From Phoronis australis (taxonomy: Eukaryota > Animalia > Phoronida): a DNA stretch of 64,000 nucleotides. Positions 50,101 to 63,784 of this stretch are shown here, one piece after another. A program made the translations under genes and the position numbers. Below the pieces are notes generated by a model. The model did not search any database. It was not told where the DNA came from and was given only the letters and a program-made list of their open reading frames with translations. The stretch is taken from the NCBI GenBank assembly GCA_002633005.1, contig NMRA01000444.1:223456-287455 (forward strand), written 5' to 3'. Position 1 is the first letter of the stretch. The number at the start of each line of letters is the position of its first letter.

Positions 50101-53100
50101 TCACCAGAAATGTAGATTTACATAGTACTTCATCATCAATACAGGGAAAATGGCCATTTGTCGACTCGACCTATTGCACAACCCGGTGGTCCAAGTGTTT
50201 TCGTTGCTCGATTTTTCGAAAATTTTGCAGTGGGCCAGATCAGCTGTTGCCGATGAAGGGAATCTTTCTGAAGAATTTGTCAGATTTTTTTTGATTACAT
50301 AAGTAAACTGTTGAAGCATTACCTGAATTCATAGATACTCACGATTAAAAGTTTAACAGCACCTTATTAAAAATTCTACAAAAAGAGTAATTATGATGTT
50401 TACGTACCTCTTTGAGCACAGTAAAATCTTGCATACTTCTGTTCAGTTGGCGATCTTTTGACGTAATTTCATCTCTTAATTTATCCAATTGTTCCCTAGC
50501 CTCCGTTAGCTCAGATTGTAGATTGCTCACTTCTTGCGAAGCATTGTCGTTATGTTTACTCTAAAACACAACATTGCGCAAAGTTTTGATTGTGAAATGT
50601 TATCGTCAAAATTTTGTTTTGCTTGTTGACACTTGTTGATTCCTAGATTCGCATCATTCGATCCAAAGTAAGACGACAGATCTTCCACGTTACCACGAGA
50701 AAGGCTACATTCCAATGACGTAACTTGTGGTTAGGCTGTACGTGGTTTGCTCGAGATCAGCTTTTTCATATTTATTTTTTTTATCACTTTCCACAACGGC
50801 TGTTTAACCGACTGGTCTGCTTTGTAATCCGACATCGTTCCCTTCTTATAGAAATTAAGAATTCGAACGCGGTGTAAACCAGAACCCGTCAATTTAAAAT
50901 TTATCAATCAAATGAGCATTTTATATGAACGTTGTCAATTCAAAATTATTTCACCATGGTGATACGGGAAGGAGAATATAAAAGTAACATCTACCTGTTT
51001 GTTTAACATGTCTTGTATTAAGTCACTTAAATCCGCGATAACCTCCAATAAACAGGTGCTGATATTTTCTTGGTTCTCATCGGAATTCCTGGATTTCAGG
51101 TCAGCACCATGGCCTCTGAGATTATGGCACATTTCTATGAGGTTGTGGTAGGCGGTGATTGTTTCCCGTCGTAGCTGTAGGAACAACAGACAAACGTGAT
51201 ATTGGCATAGTTGGACTTAAGCGCGCTCTATCCTCAACGGCAATACAATTGGTTTCAACTTGTTTCATACTTTCTTGAGGACTGGTTTGCGTCCCAGGGA
51301 AGAATCGTCCCTTGGGCAGTGCACGGGACCATGCTTAGTACACAATATGACCCGCCGTGACAAACACCAACTTATGCAGCGGATCTTCAGCAATGTAACC
51401 AAATGTCGGTTGTTCCCCGACGCAGGTGTCATCACTACTTTGAATAGGAGCAAGTTGAGTTCACGGGTCTCTTTCACGGTGTTGACAAGTTATCAGCACA
51501 TCACAATAAGTAATTCACAGAAGTTATCTCTCTGAGTGTCTAGCAGTGGGTATTTCTCAAATACAGTTCTTCGCAATTTTGCTTTAAGTTGAATTTCCAG
51601 TATGATATGATAATGATAAGTGTTCTTACCCTGAGGTCCCCATCTTCTTCTTGAGTCTCGTTGGTTTCCATGACGTCGACGTCATAATCACGCGCGATTG
51701 CATTAAAAGAATTAGCACCTATCTGTAACATTTTCAAAACAAAACTGAACTTGTTTGTGTAACAACTTGGTATACAAATTAACTCTGCCTTTTGTTGAAA
51801 AATGTTTTACTGTAGTCACATATGTAGGTCCGCTCATGCGCCTACGTGCGAAACACTTAATTGAGCGTTAATAACCGATAAGTATTTTAAGAATTTTATA
51901 AGAGTGAAACTTTACTAATTCGCAACGTAACACATACTAATATGTGGATAAAACACTCTCAGTGGCGAATAATTGATGTCCGCCTACGCCTGTAAGTCAG
52001 TGAACCCTAGGCCCATGCGCCCATACGCGCAACTCTTGAGTAAAACATTTTTGTTCGAAAAAGCGCATTATCCCTAGCTGTTTCACCCCTTATATCTGTA
52101 AAACTACAAAGATAGTGCAATGAGTAAGTACATGTATACTCTGGTTTAAGTTCCCCAGATTGTCTTATCGTGTTATCGCGCATTACCAGCAATTCGTAAA
52201 CTAGGTCATCCGCCAGGTTCTCTGCGTAAACTAGGTCATCGCTTTTGGACCAGGCGCTTCACTCTCCGCGTGTCTTCTGAAGAGAAGCACCAGGAAGGTT
52301 GTTCTACATTTTGTAGCCCAAAATTACCAAAGTTCAAATATATTCCGTTAAAAAGNAGGTTCTTACCGGTATTGAAGGTATGGATTCCTCGTCCTCCTCA
52401 ATGTTACTGCAATCAACGTCATCTTCGTGAAATGCGTTGTGTTTGGGAGTACTTGCAGACATTGTCTCTATATATTGCAACTCCTCGAAAAGAGAGTCCC
52501 CTCGCGATTTTCGTGCGTCTAATATACAAGATCCATAGTTTGAGTCGCGTGATTGCAAGGTCAGCGTCTCTATGTTGGCTTGAAGCCGTTTATTATCATC
52601 CTCTAATCGTCTGATCTCAGTTTCTTGATTTTGAAGCTGAAACGAAATACAAGATCAAGTTATCTTCTGAGGTGTACACTGAACGTCAACCACTTAGGTA
52701 ACTGTTTAACCGCAGTAATTTCTGTTTGGTGAAAACAAAAATGTTCCTTTATCCTCGACTCGTGGGCTTATAACACTGAGTCGGATAATTGCAACAATTT
52801 TGTTTTCGATACGGTGGGCTCGTATGCACTGCAGTCATTACACGCACATGTTCTGTTGGCTGAGGACATCTGAGAAATCGTGGTAGTTGGATATCGACGC
52901 CTCTTTCGTCCCAGTGTGCATCAATGTAATCATCGCAGAACTAAGAAAGAGGCACATTTTTATTTTCATTTATTTCAATCGTCGTACCTGAAGTTGCTTT
53001 TCCTTGTAATCTCTCTCCATGACACTCCTGTGTTCGTGCAGATGTTCGAGTTGTTCGAGGGCGGTATCCCGCTCTTTACTTACACTAGCCACACGTCTCT

Positions 53101-56100
53101 CCAACTGAGTCTTCCTTTCTGTTAGATTGTGGATCTACAGTGAGGCACAAAACAATAACAGGTCCTCAAGAAGGTGAGAAGGTAAAAAATGTTGGGGTAG
53201 TATAGAGAAAATCCACTTTGTTAAGCTCTGCCTCCTGCCGCGGTCCCCACCACTTTGGACCCCCCCCCCCACCACTGTTTTCCACTCACCTGTACTCAGT
53301 TTACTTCAAAACTTCCCCCTCATTTGAGGATTATCGGGAGCGCCGCAAACAACACCAATTGTTGCAACGGGATCCGATGAAAAATCGCCCGATCGTGTTA
53401 GGCGTCGGCCAAAGAACTCGATGAGCAGGATTAGCCGAGGATCACCGCTATGTGGCCAAGACATAATATGACAAACTCGTCTCCAAGTAGTCATTGCCAT
53501 CATAGCAATCGGTTTCTACCTTCAAAACGAACTGATAAGACAACGGGGGATTGGACAACCTTTTGAAAAATTCTGTTTTTTATCTTAATGGCCTTGGTAA
53601 ACTGCTTGAGGATTTACGTAAGTTTCTTTCACCGTATGGATAGGTTTGAGATATATATTATGTAGTTTTGTAATCTTCTTTATAATTTGTTTTTAGTATA
53701 GTGAATATGACACAAGCCGGTATCTGATAAAGCAGCGGCAAATGTGTGCTGAGAAACACGTAAAGCAAAGCTTACTTCTTTTCCCAAAACTTCCATCTGG
53801 TTGACGTGGTCATGCATCGTTGACTTTCGTAAGTGAACTTGGTCACGAAGCGCTTTTAACTGCGTGAGGTAACTTTGTTCTTGCTGAGCAGCCTGAAATA
53901 AACGAGTTTCACTTGGATCTTCCATCCTCTCGACTTAAGAACGGTAACTTTTTTCACAGGCGTACCGGTATTTACTTTTCTAATGCAACGTCATCTCGTT
54001 ATTATTACACTTTATGTGACAAGACATCGGTTACAGTAAATCGCCAGGAATAATGCTGACCCTTCATGATAAGTAACGAATGGACCCGAACTGAAGCAAT
54101 TAGACCTAACGAACTGTCAAATCCTGTGAAGCCTAGAAAACTTAGTTATCTGAGTATGGAGCAAAAGCAGATTGATTGTATAACAGAATGTGGCCATAGT
54201 CAAAGTTGGTTTTGCCCTTGAATAATAAGAAACCACAACAACTACAACAACAATGATGATGATGATTATGATTATAATAATAACAAAACTCGTCTATCAA
54301 ACCGTCATAATCATAACATCGTCATATTCATCGCAACCACAATGGTCATCACAAGCACTTCCGTCGCCGCCATGACCGACATCGTCATCGTTTCCATCAT
54401 CATTACCAACACCTCGATAATTTTTATCATCATTGCCATCGTCGTCATCTTCGTTACTGTTATCGTCGTCAGCTGTGTTCGTCGACAATCTTATCACTAG
54501 CGCCACCAACATCATTAAAAGTTGTCGTCTGCGACACGAGTATGAAAGGCATGAGTCTGTTTCGCAATCAAGTGCATTTTTACCTGGCGCCCTCAATTTA
54601 GGCGCGCGCGTGCTCAGACTTCAAACTTATAGCTAAAGATGTACAACTGTGCCCTGGGTGGATGGTAAAAAAATCAAGTTGAAAGGGTAGAACGCAGTGC
54701 TCACGTGAGACGATGGTTTGGGCGATTTTGGTTTGCTACTATCTGTTTGCATTTCTGGATGTTGCTTTTAAGAGGCCTGGAACGCGAAAAAGTAGACTAA
54801 ATTAGTAGTTCTCTACCACTGCAGCAGAATTCAACCTGTTCACTAGGTATCTTTACGCCTTGTTCGTAAAGATTTTGAATTTTTGTTGATGTCTGAGCAT
54901 TTTTCTTTTAGTTTCAAACTTCAACAAGGTCAACCTGTCAACTGCTCAACACTTCGTCGATTTTCTCCCACAAGCAAAGCACGTCTCACCTTATTTGGTA
55001 TGGCAAGACGTAGCACATTTCCCTTATATGGAAAGTGTGGCCTTTAACCTTTGATGTAAACGAACCAACGGCGACTTCAGGCAGGCAATCAAATTAAAGA
55101 AGCCTAACTGTATGAAAGTGGTTATAAAGGCATCGTACTATTCAAATTTGTTCTAAAAATGCACTTGGAATTATTTTTGAAAAATTGCTTACTTCACAGA
55201 CTTGCCTTATACAGTGATGTTGACCATTCTTAGTGCAGTCACACGTACCCATCTTGCCAGTCATCTGTTTGTCGAATGACAGTGAGCGCATGCGCGCATG
55301 TATTATATGTAGGGGGGGGGGGGCGATTAGAAACTCTGTGGTGACAATGCAGTTTTTCCTTCGCGCGTATTTAAAAATGGTGAATTTTTTTACTTTTTGT
55401 GAAAATTCTCTCACAGGGAAAGTGAATAACTCTGTGGTAGACGTTACGAGAAGATACTTTGGCCTGGAAAAAGATATTTTTGTCGAGCTTTCGCGTTCCA
55501 TGCCTCTTTTTGAACAAATAACAGGATCAACACGTAGTTCTAGTTACTGAGACTTTTATGATAGTTGTGAAATTATAAGAGGACACTTTATAACACCGAT
55601 AAGCCCACCAGGTCACTGTTGAGTTGGCTCTTCCTGTTAACCTGGGTACTTGACATACCTTATGTAGTTGGTCATTGAGTCTTTCGTTTTGCCGAGTCAA
55701 TTCCTGTATGACGTGTTTCTTGTCTTTTTCTGAGTTATGAAACGTGGTTTCTCTTTCGTCGAGTTCCTCCCGGAGTAGGCTATTGTCGGTTTCCAACTCT
55801 TTAATTCGGTTCTCATATTCACTTTCTCTTGTTTCCATAAGTAAATGCAAGTCATATTTTTGTTGATGCGCGTCCTACACAGGTGAAACACATGTAAAAA
55901 AATTGACATAATTATTCAAGGTGTAATGTAGGTTTTAGGTTTTAGTTATAAACCTTTGTTAAGAACTTGTTTGATGCCTCATTCAGTCCTGTATATTTGT
56001 TAAATTCTGCTTTTCAACTCCAAAACCTTTTCTGCGATCTATTAATGTTCCCCAAGGGGTTTGTATTTTTAAAAATTTGTTGCAAAAGATGAGTTCATTT

Positions 56101-58181
56101 TTGACAAAATGACATATCTTTTTGTACTATTTTGGTTTGTTTCGTCAAAAAGACATCTTTCTTAGAATACCAACGAAATAGTAAGGTTGATGGCATCATC
56201 CATACAAAAGGGTGGTATCTCTAGAACAAAATCCTACGTTCTGTGACTTTTCCGTGGAAGCTCCCTACTATTGGGCCACTTTTCGTGCCCACGCCTACCT
56301 TCAAAATGAATGGGCATCCCCCCGTCAAACATACAGTCGAGTATCCAGTACCTCCCCCCGGGGGTTGTTCCATGCCCTGTGTCTCTCCTAATTAGTTATT
56401 CCTGTCGTTGTTCGAAACACTGTAGAGACAGCCTCAGTACAAAATTGTTGTTGTGTAATTTCACTGAACTCGTGTAACGTGTAGGCCTATATCCATTCTC
56501 GGCTCCATCAGAGAGCTCTATTTCGTTTCAACGTCATCTTTTAAATGCAGCTGCGTGATACTCGTGTTGAATGATTGGTAACGCGTGAGCCTATGCATTA
56601 ATCCGTATACATGTAAAGTATAAACATGATATCACGTTAAGGTAATACTTTCAATTAGCTGCCGCCTATATTCATTGTGTTTTGATTTCAGAAGTTCTTT
56701 ACCAGGAATAAGATCCAGATTTTACATCTTAGTGATATTTTTGACCAAGCTCGAACAAGCCATTTCAACTTTCAAGATAATTTGTTGTGGGCCTGCAACA
56801 AAGTCATTTGTTGGGCACATGTTGATGGCTCGTGCGTATTTTGTTACGTTACAAATCACCCTCCTGTTACAAAAACTGACCCGACATTCCGTTTTGAAAT
56901 TTGTTTTAATTTCCGTGTTCCTTAGTCAAATTATGTATTGCGGGCTTGGCAAGACCTGGCAGTTCATTATAGCTTGAGGCTCTACAAGTTGTCACCGCGG
57001 GGCATTGTAAGAGCGAGTCGAACTGTTGTTTTTTAAGACAAAACCACGTCTTCTATGAGTGTGTAATAAGCTGACTATGACTTTTATAGCCACAAGAGGG
57101 CTAAGTCAAAAGTTTCTTTGACGAAACGCAGCTTTAAACTGAGTCTCTTTGAAGGGATACCAAACCCGCTTTTAGCCTATTATCACATGTTAAGAACGAT
57201 TTTCCATTGAATTCTCTAAAAAAAATTATGCTCTGTAACCTTCTACAACTTTCAAAAGTTTTGAGGAAAATTTCAGAGTTTACTAAATGAACAAGCGTGG
57301 CCTATGCTTTTGGCGAATTACACGGCAGCTTTGGGGAAAGAAAACCCACCAAGGACTGTAATATCCAATTTGTGACATAAGGAGTGTGAGTTTCAGTTGA
57401 GTCGTGTTTTTATCCTTCCCGGTTGACGCCAATGATGAATTGGGAGGGAATCATCAAAACAGGGTTAAGTATCCTTTTAAATTATTCTGTTATTTTCAAA
57501 AGAGTTTGATATGACCGAAATTCAAAAGAATACGTGTTCTTTGCGAACCCCTGCTACCTTTGGTTATTTTGCATGGTTGCCAGGCAACGTACTAAACAGC
57601 TGTTGTAGTGTATGTACTCCAGACCAAATGCGCACAGAGCACGCACAGGAATCGCCTCGGGTCCCGCTATATACCGTTTCAATGCTGAGTGCATGTTATT
57701 GAAAATTTAATGATTACAATATTAAATGATACACACTTGATAAAAAGTATGTATTTAGTAGTTTCCATATATTAGGTGTCAGTGTTTTACTTGAGTTCAT
57801 GTGATCTTTACTATACTCTTTTATTTCAAGTTATTTAAATGGGTCATTAGTGGGAAATGAGGCTCACAACGTGGAAAGGGAAGCGAGCCTACTGTCTCTG
57901 CTAACTGCTACATGAAGCTGAGGCGTGTTTATCTTCTCTTGTAAAAATGGTATAAATCGCTTATCGTTTCTGACACAAACCTCTAACTGGCGTCCATAAT
58001 CCTCAAGCAACTGTTCGTTTTGTCGACTTAGCTCTTGATTTTTCTCCAGCAGCGCTTTACCAAGTTCGGCTGCTAAGATAAGATCACGCTCTTTTTCGGC
58101 AAGTTGTTCGTATACGTCCATGTCATCACGTGACAGGCCGTCCATTGAGTCACGTGGCGAGTCCTGCACAAGCGTATCCAT
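47179..58181 (-). CDS. BICDL1: BICD family-like cargo adapter (BICDR/CCDC64), ~581 aa coiled coil
   Basis: Exons 57981-58181 (CC1 box KERDLILAAELGKALLEKN), 55659-55874, 53776-53892, 52988-53134, 52367-52636 (SLFEEL), 51630-51722, 50995-51174, 50408-50560, 49986-50071, 49467-49587 (LNRQLLQAVEQKMALSEQLEKWQ), 47179-47340 (EDM..FAFW*). Sum 1746 nt. Confidence 0.9.
47733..47949. mobile_element. Old hAT-like MITE in the last BICDL1 intron
   Basis: TIRs CAGGGCTTGAAAT / ATTCCAAGCCCTG (1 mismatch). No intact TSD is visible. Confidence 0.45.
48410..48557. mobile_element. Short inverted-repeat element (MITE-like)
   Basis: GTTCATTAATGCTAGGACCT ... AGGTCCTAGCGTTACTGAAC, a 20-bp inverted repeat with 2 mismatches. 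Confidence 0.45.
54236..54470. repeat. Degenerate trinucleotide (CAA/GAT/CAT) low-complexity tract in a BICDL1 intron
   Basis: Runs of caa, gat, cat and cgt triplets. Confidence 0.75.
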
Positions 58182-61100
58182 GTCTTTAGACCAAGTCGCT
58201 AGATGACCGTGTAACGGTCTAACGATTTGTCGCTCACATTTCGTAATGATATGTTGGCACACGATTTCTTAGCATTCGTTATTCCTCTCTGAAAAAGTCA
58301 CCTGGGTAATGATTACTTGATTACTTAACTACATGCAGGCAGAAACTCTTGGGATTTACAAAGACAATTCTATTACCTGTTCAGGGGAAAACAACTTGTC
58401 AATAAAATCAAGACTTCGGGAATTTACCTTTGTCATAAAAGAAGTTCTAACAGGTGCGAAAAGGCGAAACAACACGGTTTCTGACAGTCAGGATTGTCTT
58501 CGCAGTGTGATAAGATAAAACACCAACGCTTTGACACAGTCATAGAGTCTAAGATAAACGTTTATAACAGAACTACCAAGTTCATCGATTTTTCGCCAGG
58601 TGTGCTATCAAAAACTCGACTGAATACTTAAGTGTTGCATCTGTTGAAATCGTGTTAGAGTCGCCGAAGCAGGCTCGTACAGTATCTTGCGTTGAAAAAC
58701 TATACATGAGCCCGGCGAAGTAGACATAAGCTTATAAAATTTATGTTTACAACGACCTTTACTTCTAGCTGAAACTCTCGCAATCTTCCACGAATACAAT
58801 TTTACAATTTCAACGTTCAGTTTTGAATCATCTATATTCCAGTGTTCACTACATTATGACTTACATCTTTAGTCTGGTTTTCGTGTGAGTACAAAATCAC
58901 CTCATATACAAGCGCCAGCCTTACCTTTAGCAATGATGATATCACCGAAACAAAGTGATAATGACAGGGGCCTTAGATATGACGTGAGAACCAGCGTATC
59001 AAAACTTGGCTTGCTCGTTTTCTATTCGTTCACCAACGCGTGTAACTTCGAGATAACTAATACTTTTCGCTCTTGTCACTAATCGTTTACCGCGGCTAGC
59101 AAACATATGCGCGTATACATAAACTATCGATATATATTTTGTGCTAATAAATACGGGTCGCTTGCACAATGTAACTAGTCGGACTGAATGCTAATTTATG
59201 GGATTATGAAATCTATAGTGAAGGCTGCATTATGTAAAGTTTTTGTAATGGCCACTTGTATGATTAATTGGTCTCTAGGTAGGGTAACGCATGGTTGATG
59301 GAACTTCGTACTAATGGCAGCCATTGTACGGCTTGTTGCATTAACATTAGAAATTGATTTCTTGCAATAACTGCTACACAATTATTCCATTCCAAAATAA
59401 AACATTTCTGTTCACAAAACAGTATTTTGATTACATACCTTTTGTATCACTATGGATTGCGTGAAACGATGACCTTAACACAAAGCTACGTGCAATCTCC
59501 TGCTGGCAATATGTCTAATATCTGGCTACAATTTAACATGGCTGTATTATAGCACTATCACAAACCTTATCAGACTTATCTAGTTACGATAATTTATGAC
59601 TTAGGTAAACACGGATACTAAATCGTGTGAACGCGACATCTTTTGGACGAGCAGGATCATGTGCGCCAATGACGTGGCTGATTAAGGTTAAAAAAAGATT
59701 AAGAGGCGCATTTTAACTAAACGTTTACTGTGAAGTGTGTCCTGCTATGCCATTTTACACAATTTGAATTTGCGGCATAATGTAATTCCATATAAGGTTT
59801 TGAAAATGTTCAGAAATTAATATGCCCATTTCCGGAGGCGTTTTCTTGTGTTTTTTATTAGTCATAGTCGGATTCCATAGATCTTGGTGGTTTGTCTGAC
59901 ATAGCACGTGACCAGAACTGGAAATTACTTTTACGAAATACGCGAGTAAAGCTTGTCAAGAAATCATGCTGAAGATTAAATTTTTCAATGACAAGATCAT
60001 CAAGATCTACCTGTCTACATCAGGATCTACCTGAGTGTCTACATCAGGATCCGATCTACCTGTTACCGTCGCAGATATGTAGGCCTATTAACTTAAAAAA
60101 AAAATTTATCAACGTCGCGTAGTGACAAATAAGTAAATTAGAAGCAAGCGAAATTAAAATTTCACGAGTCTCACTTACGAGGCCGATCGACAAAATCTAG
60201 TCACAAGAATAGATGCGGAATAGACTATATACCGAGGAATGGACAAAATTGTCAATTATTTTATACGTTCAAACGCCGGGCTATCCGGCTAATAACTATA
60301 AACGCACGCCAAATGATTTATTATATTCTGCATTAAATAAAACCATTACAGCTCTACATATTTTGAGGGTGCCTTCAGTGTTGCTGAATGTGCGGCTCGC
60401 GACAACTGAACTCAGACAGAAATGATGCGAGCATGCCGAGGTTGGTCAACCCTAGGCAATTACATAGTCCCATAGAGTGCCGCAGGCATACAGGAGCGAT
60501 GGTACATCCCCACAAAAAGTTACGAATTTCAACATACAGGAAATAAAAATCAAATTAAACTTGCATATGTGCACATGTAGTTATAAACACCTCATAGTGT
60601 TAAGATAACTTGAACGAATCGATGAAAATCTGTCGCTCCAGTTTGTCTTGTACCGGGTGCCATTTTTAGGAACATGAAATCAGGCATCGGTTGACGCATA
60701 AAAAGTGCAAGAGACACAAATATTACAAATTTCTCCTTATGCCTTCTCCGCTATGCTATTTTGCAAGTGTCGACTAGCTTGGCGCTCACATTTTCTCGCG
60801 CTAGCCTTTGCCTAACGCACATGACTCAGTTGACATACTTTGTGATTCCGCGCCCGTGGTTCGGAAAAAGTTAACAGCAACCAAAAATGTAGAGTTGGAA
60901 TTCTTCACCAAAGTCAACTTAATTTTCACTACTAAGTTTCTTCGAAGATACGTATACTAGTAGAAATGGGCCAATGAAGAAAGAAGCGCTTTTGTAATTG
61001 ATAGTTTTAAGCGTGGAATGTATTTTTGACGAGATGAAAACTCAAAATCGGTGGCCGGATTTGCCCTACCGCCCGTTTAAAATACGTGCATGGAACGAAA

Positions 61101-61499
61101 TGCATACAGAAAGGGATGGGAAGTATTGTAGCCCCTAACCGGCCAACCGAGGGCGGGCTACGTGTTGCCTAGGTCAACTCCAAAACTCTGAAGGGCATGT
61201 TTTGTTGAGTCGCTGATGTTCGATGTGTCTGTTGTATATTTTCAATTTCTTTCGGTATTCCTCACTCGTGGTCTTCAACCTCCGTGCTGCGCCGGGAGTA
61301 GACATTTCCCCCATCATTTCATTACTGCCGGCTCGGCTTCCTACGTGACTACAGTGGCAACGCCGGCAGCATCATCTCAACGGTGTGACACACGCAAACC
61401 TCGCTCAGTGCTTCCCTGCGTGCTTAGGTGCTCAGCTACCAGCTACCGCCCCACCTAGCGGCACGCAGGGAACCAGCGAGACACGCAAACAATAGGTGG

Positions 61500-61630
61500 C
61501 GACAGTTACCCATAACCCGGAAGTCGTTTTCCGCCAATCAAATTTGAACAGAAACGACAGCACGGGCGGTTTATTTCAAAACACACAGTCGGCTGAGTTC
61601 TGCAGTGATAACAAAATAAAATCGTGTCAG
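61500..61630 (+). promoter_or_regulatory. Putative CIT promoter and non-coding first exon with cell-cycle (CHR/CCAAT) motifs
   Basis: CCGGAAGT 61517-61524, CCAAT 61534-61538, TTTGAA 61543-61548, inverted CHR TTCAAA 61575-61580 and donor CAG|GTTAGT at 61630, in a CpG-rich setting. Confidence 0.6.
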
Positions 61631-61820
61631 GTTAGTACTTAGTGATACATGCTGACTTCACATTCCCCATACAACTATTAGCTGTTGGTTGTTCTTCAAG
61701 TTGTTTGTCTAACTTTTCTTAACATGACATGAGCAAATTATGTGGTGCCCATCGAGAACAGTGTCACCGTGCCGAAACGAATTAGAGATCTGAAATCACT
61801 GACACTGTCTCATGATGTCG

Positions 61821-62720
61821 TAGGCAATGACCATCGCCTCTGTTGGCCCGAAGCAGAGGCGATGTAGAGGCTATAGGCGCTCTGTACGCCGGAAGCTTTT
61901 CGGCGAATTATGCCTCGCACCGACTAAACCATCAAAGTCACGTTGTTACAAATACCTTTTGCGCATAGAGGAACACCTTAGGAGGTTGTCGATGTGTTTA
62001 ATTCCTTCCAACTCGAACAAATACTCCCGTTATGAAACTTTTTCTTCGAGCAGTCCCTATTTCAGTTCCCAAAATCGTGAACTCAACTTTTTTATACTGC
62101 GCACGCTCCAATTCATGACCTCAATCTTTAAATAGGCCAAAGGTGAGCCATTGCGGTCTTGGCAGTCAAATGTTCGTTTCCAAAATGCCACCACTTATAC
62201 TTGTCTTTAATTGGCGTTACTTGAAACTGATTGTATTTCAATGAATCATTGTTTGTATTTGATAAAAACAAATGCTGTTGATATGACATTTAATAGTCTT
62301 TTTGCACATATTTGACATTTTAATGTTTAACAACACGGCAAATGCACGGCTGGTTCCCGGCAGCACGTACGCGAAGGGCGGGAACTTCAGCTTTCAAAGT
62401 TCGCCGGTAGGTCCGCAACTTCTGACCTTCGGCCTGGTTAAAAAAATGAAAAAGTTGAGTTCACGATTTTGGGAACTGAAATAGGGACTGCTCGAAGAAA
62501 AAGTTTCATAACGGGAGTATTTGTTCGAGTTGGAAGGAATTAAACACATCGACAACCTCCTAAGGTGTTCCTCTATGCGCAAAAGGTATTTGTAACAACG
62601 TGACTTTGATGGTTTAGTCGGTGCGAGGCATAATTCGCCGAAAAGCTTCCGGCGTACAGAGCGCCTATAGCCTCTACATCGCCTCTGCTTCGGGCCAACA
62701 GAGGCGATGGTCATTGCCTA
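61821..62720. mobile_element. Non-autonomous Mutator-like (MULE/foldback) DNA transposon
   Basis: 272-bp TIRs (61821-62092 and 62449-62720) appear identical, and the two mirror ORFs in the track translate identically across them. Perfect 9-bp TSD ATGATGTCG at 61812-61820 and 62721-62729. Confidence 0.9.
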
Positions 62721-63115
62721 ATGATGTCGATGACTGCTCTCCCAAGCATTGACTTTTCATCATTTCTGCTTGAAGCTTTGTCATAAAGTACAAGGGTAAT
62801 CCTATAGTTCAACCATATTATTTATCCGGAAAGTCAAACCACTGAAACTTTCATAATCAACTTAATTTAAAAATACCTGAAATTATGTAATGACCACAAC
62901 CACCTTACACCATTGACGGCAGACTTCGGACAATTTTATACCTGAGAAATAGAAAAGTGTAAGTCGAATTAATATTATCTTGAACACCTTGAGTCAAAAC
63001 AACATGTCCCTAAAACATTAATCTTCATTCTAACCCTAGCCTTTTGAAGGTGATTGATGATTCATATTTGACTCTTTTGAAGTATTTATAAGTATCAAAA
63101 TGATTGGAATAGTTT

Positions 63116-63325
63116 CATGCGTGCACCCCTTGCGAAATGGGCAAAAAGGTCCGCGTTGGAGAAACAAAAAGTCCGAAAAAGTAGAAAATGAGACAAAAGT
63201 CCACGTACTAAAAAGGCATAATTTGGCTGAACGTACCTCATTTTTTGTTTTTTATTTTTTCTAGTAAAATGACCGCATTCTCAGAAATTCGAGCCCCCAC
63301 CATTTTTAGGCTGGGTGCGCGCATG
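63116..63325. mobile_element. MITE with CATGCG(T/C)GCACCC TIRs and 5-bp direct repeat AGTTT
   Basis: TIRs CATGCGTGCACCC / GGGTGCGCGCATG flanked on both sides by AGTTT. The internal 'caaaaaggtccgc..gagaaacaaaaa..gaaaatgagacaaaagtcca' recurs at ~2517-2625, ~27020-27115 (inverted) and ~48870-48983 (inverted). Confidence 0.7.
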
Positions 63326-63582
63326 AGTTTGTATGATTTAAATACTGTAGGTTTGCCTTTCAAACAGCTTAAAGTGCTAAACTACAGGATCACCAATACA
63401 AGAAAGTTCAAGTAAGTCGATCATTACATGGAATAAAACACCTCTTTCTGTAGTATTGAAAATCAATCCATGGAAATATGTACTTACATAAGTTACTCAA
63501 TGATTTCTCTTGAGGTGCATGCAGAAGTTCGATGTCCGGCTTTCTTCACAACATTGTACTCGTTTCTTTTGTTCTGACAGCC

Positions 63583-63784
63583 ATGAATACCTCGGTCATC
63601 ATGGCGGATGACACGATTCTGAGCAGGATCTCCAAGCTCAACCAGCAAATAGTTGGCAAATGTTGTGCAGACAACGTACTCATCAGTCGTGAGGGATTGC
63701 TGGATGCCATATTTGTTCTGTATAATGAGTGCAACAATGAACATCTGATGAGGAACAAGTACATTGGTGATTTTGTAACAAAAT
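63583..63784 (+). CDS. CIT: Citron Rho-interacting kinase, first coding exon (gene continues beyond the window)
   Basis: Acceptor gttctgacag|cc ATG and donor T|GTAAGT. The peptide ILSRISKLN..ISREGLLDAIFVLYNEC..FVTK resembles the citron N-terminus (SREGILDALFVLFEEC..FVRKY). The adjacent head-to-head BICDL1 matches the vertebrate arrangement. Confidence 0.85.

Noticed and set aside
54297-54596. Asp-rich secreted-looking ORF (biomineralisation-like)
   Set aside because: It has a non-ATG start, derives from a degenerate trinucleotide tract inside a BICDL1 intron, and has no supporting exon structure.
61827-62714. Two identical divergent ~100-aa genes (MTIASVGPKQ...)
   Set aside because: They are mirror translations of the transposon TIRs and have no transposase motifs.
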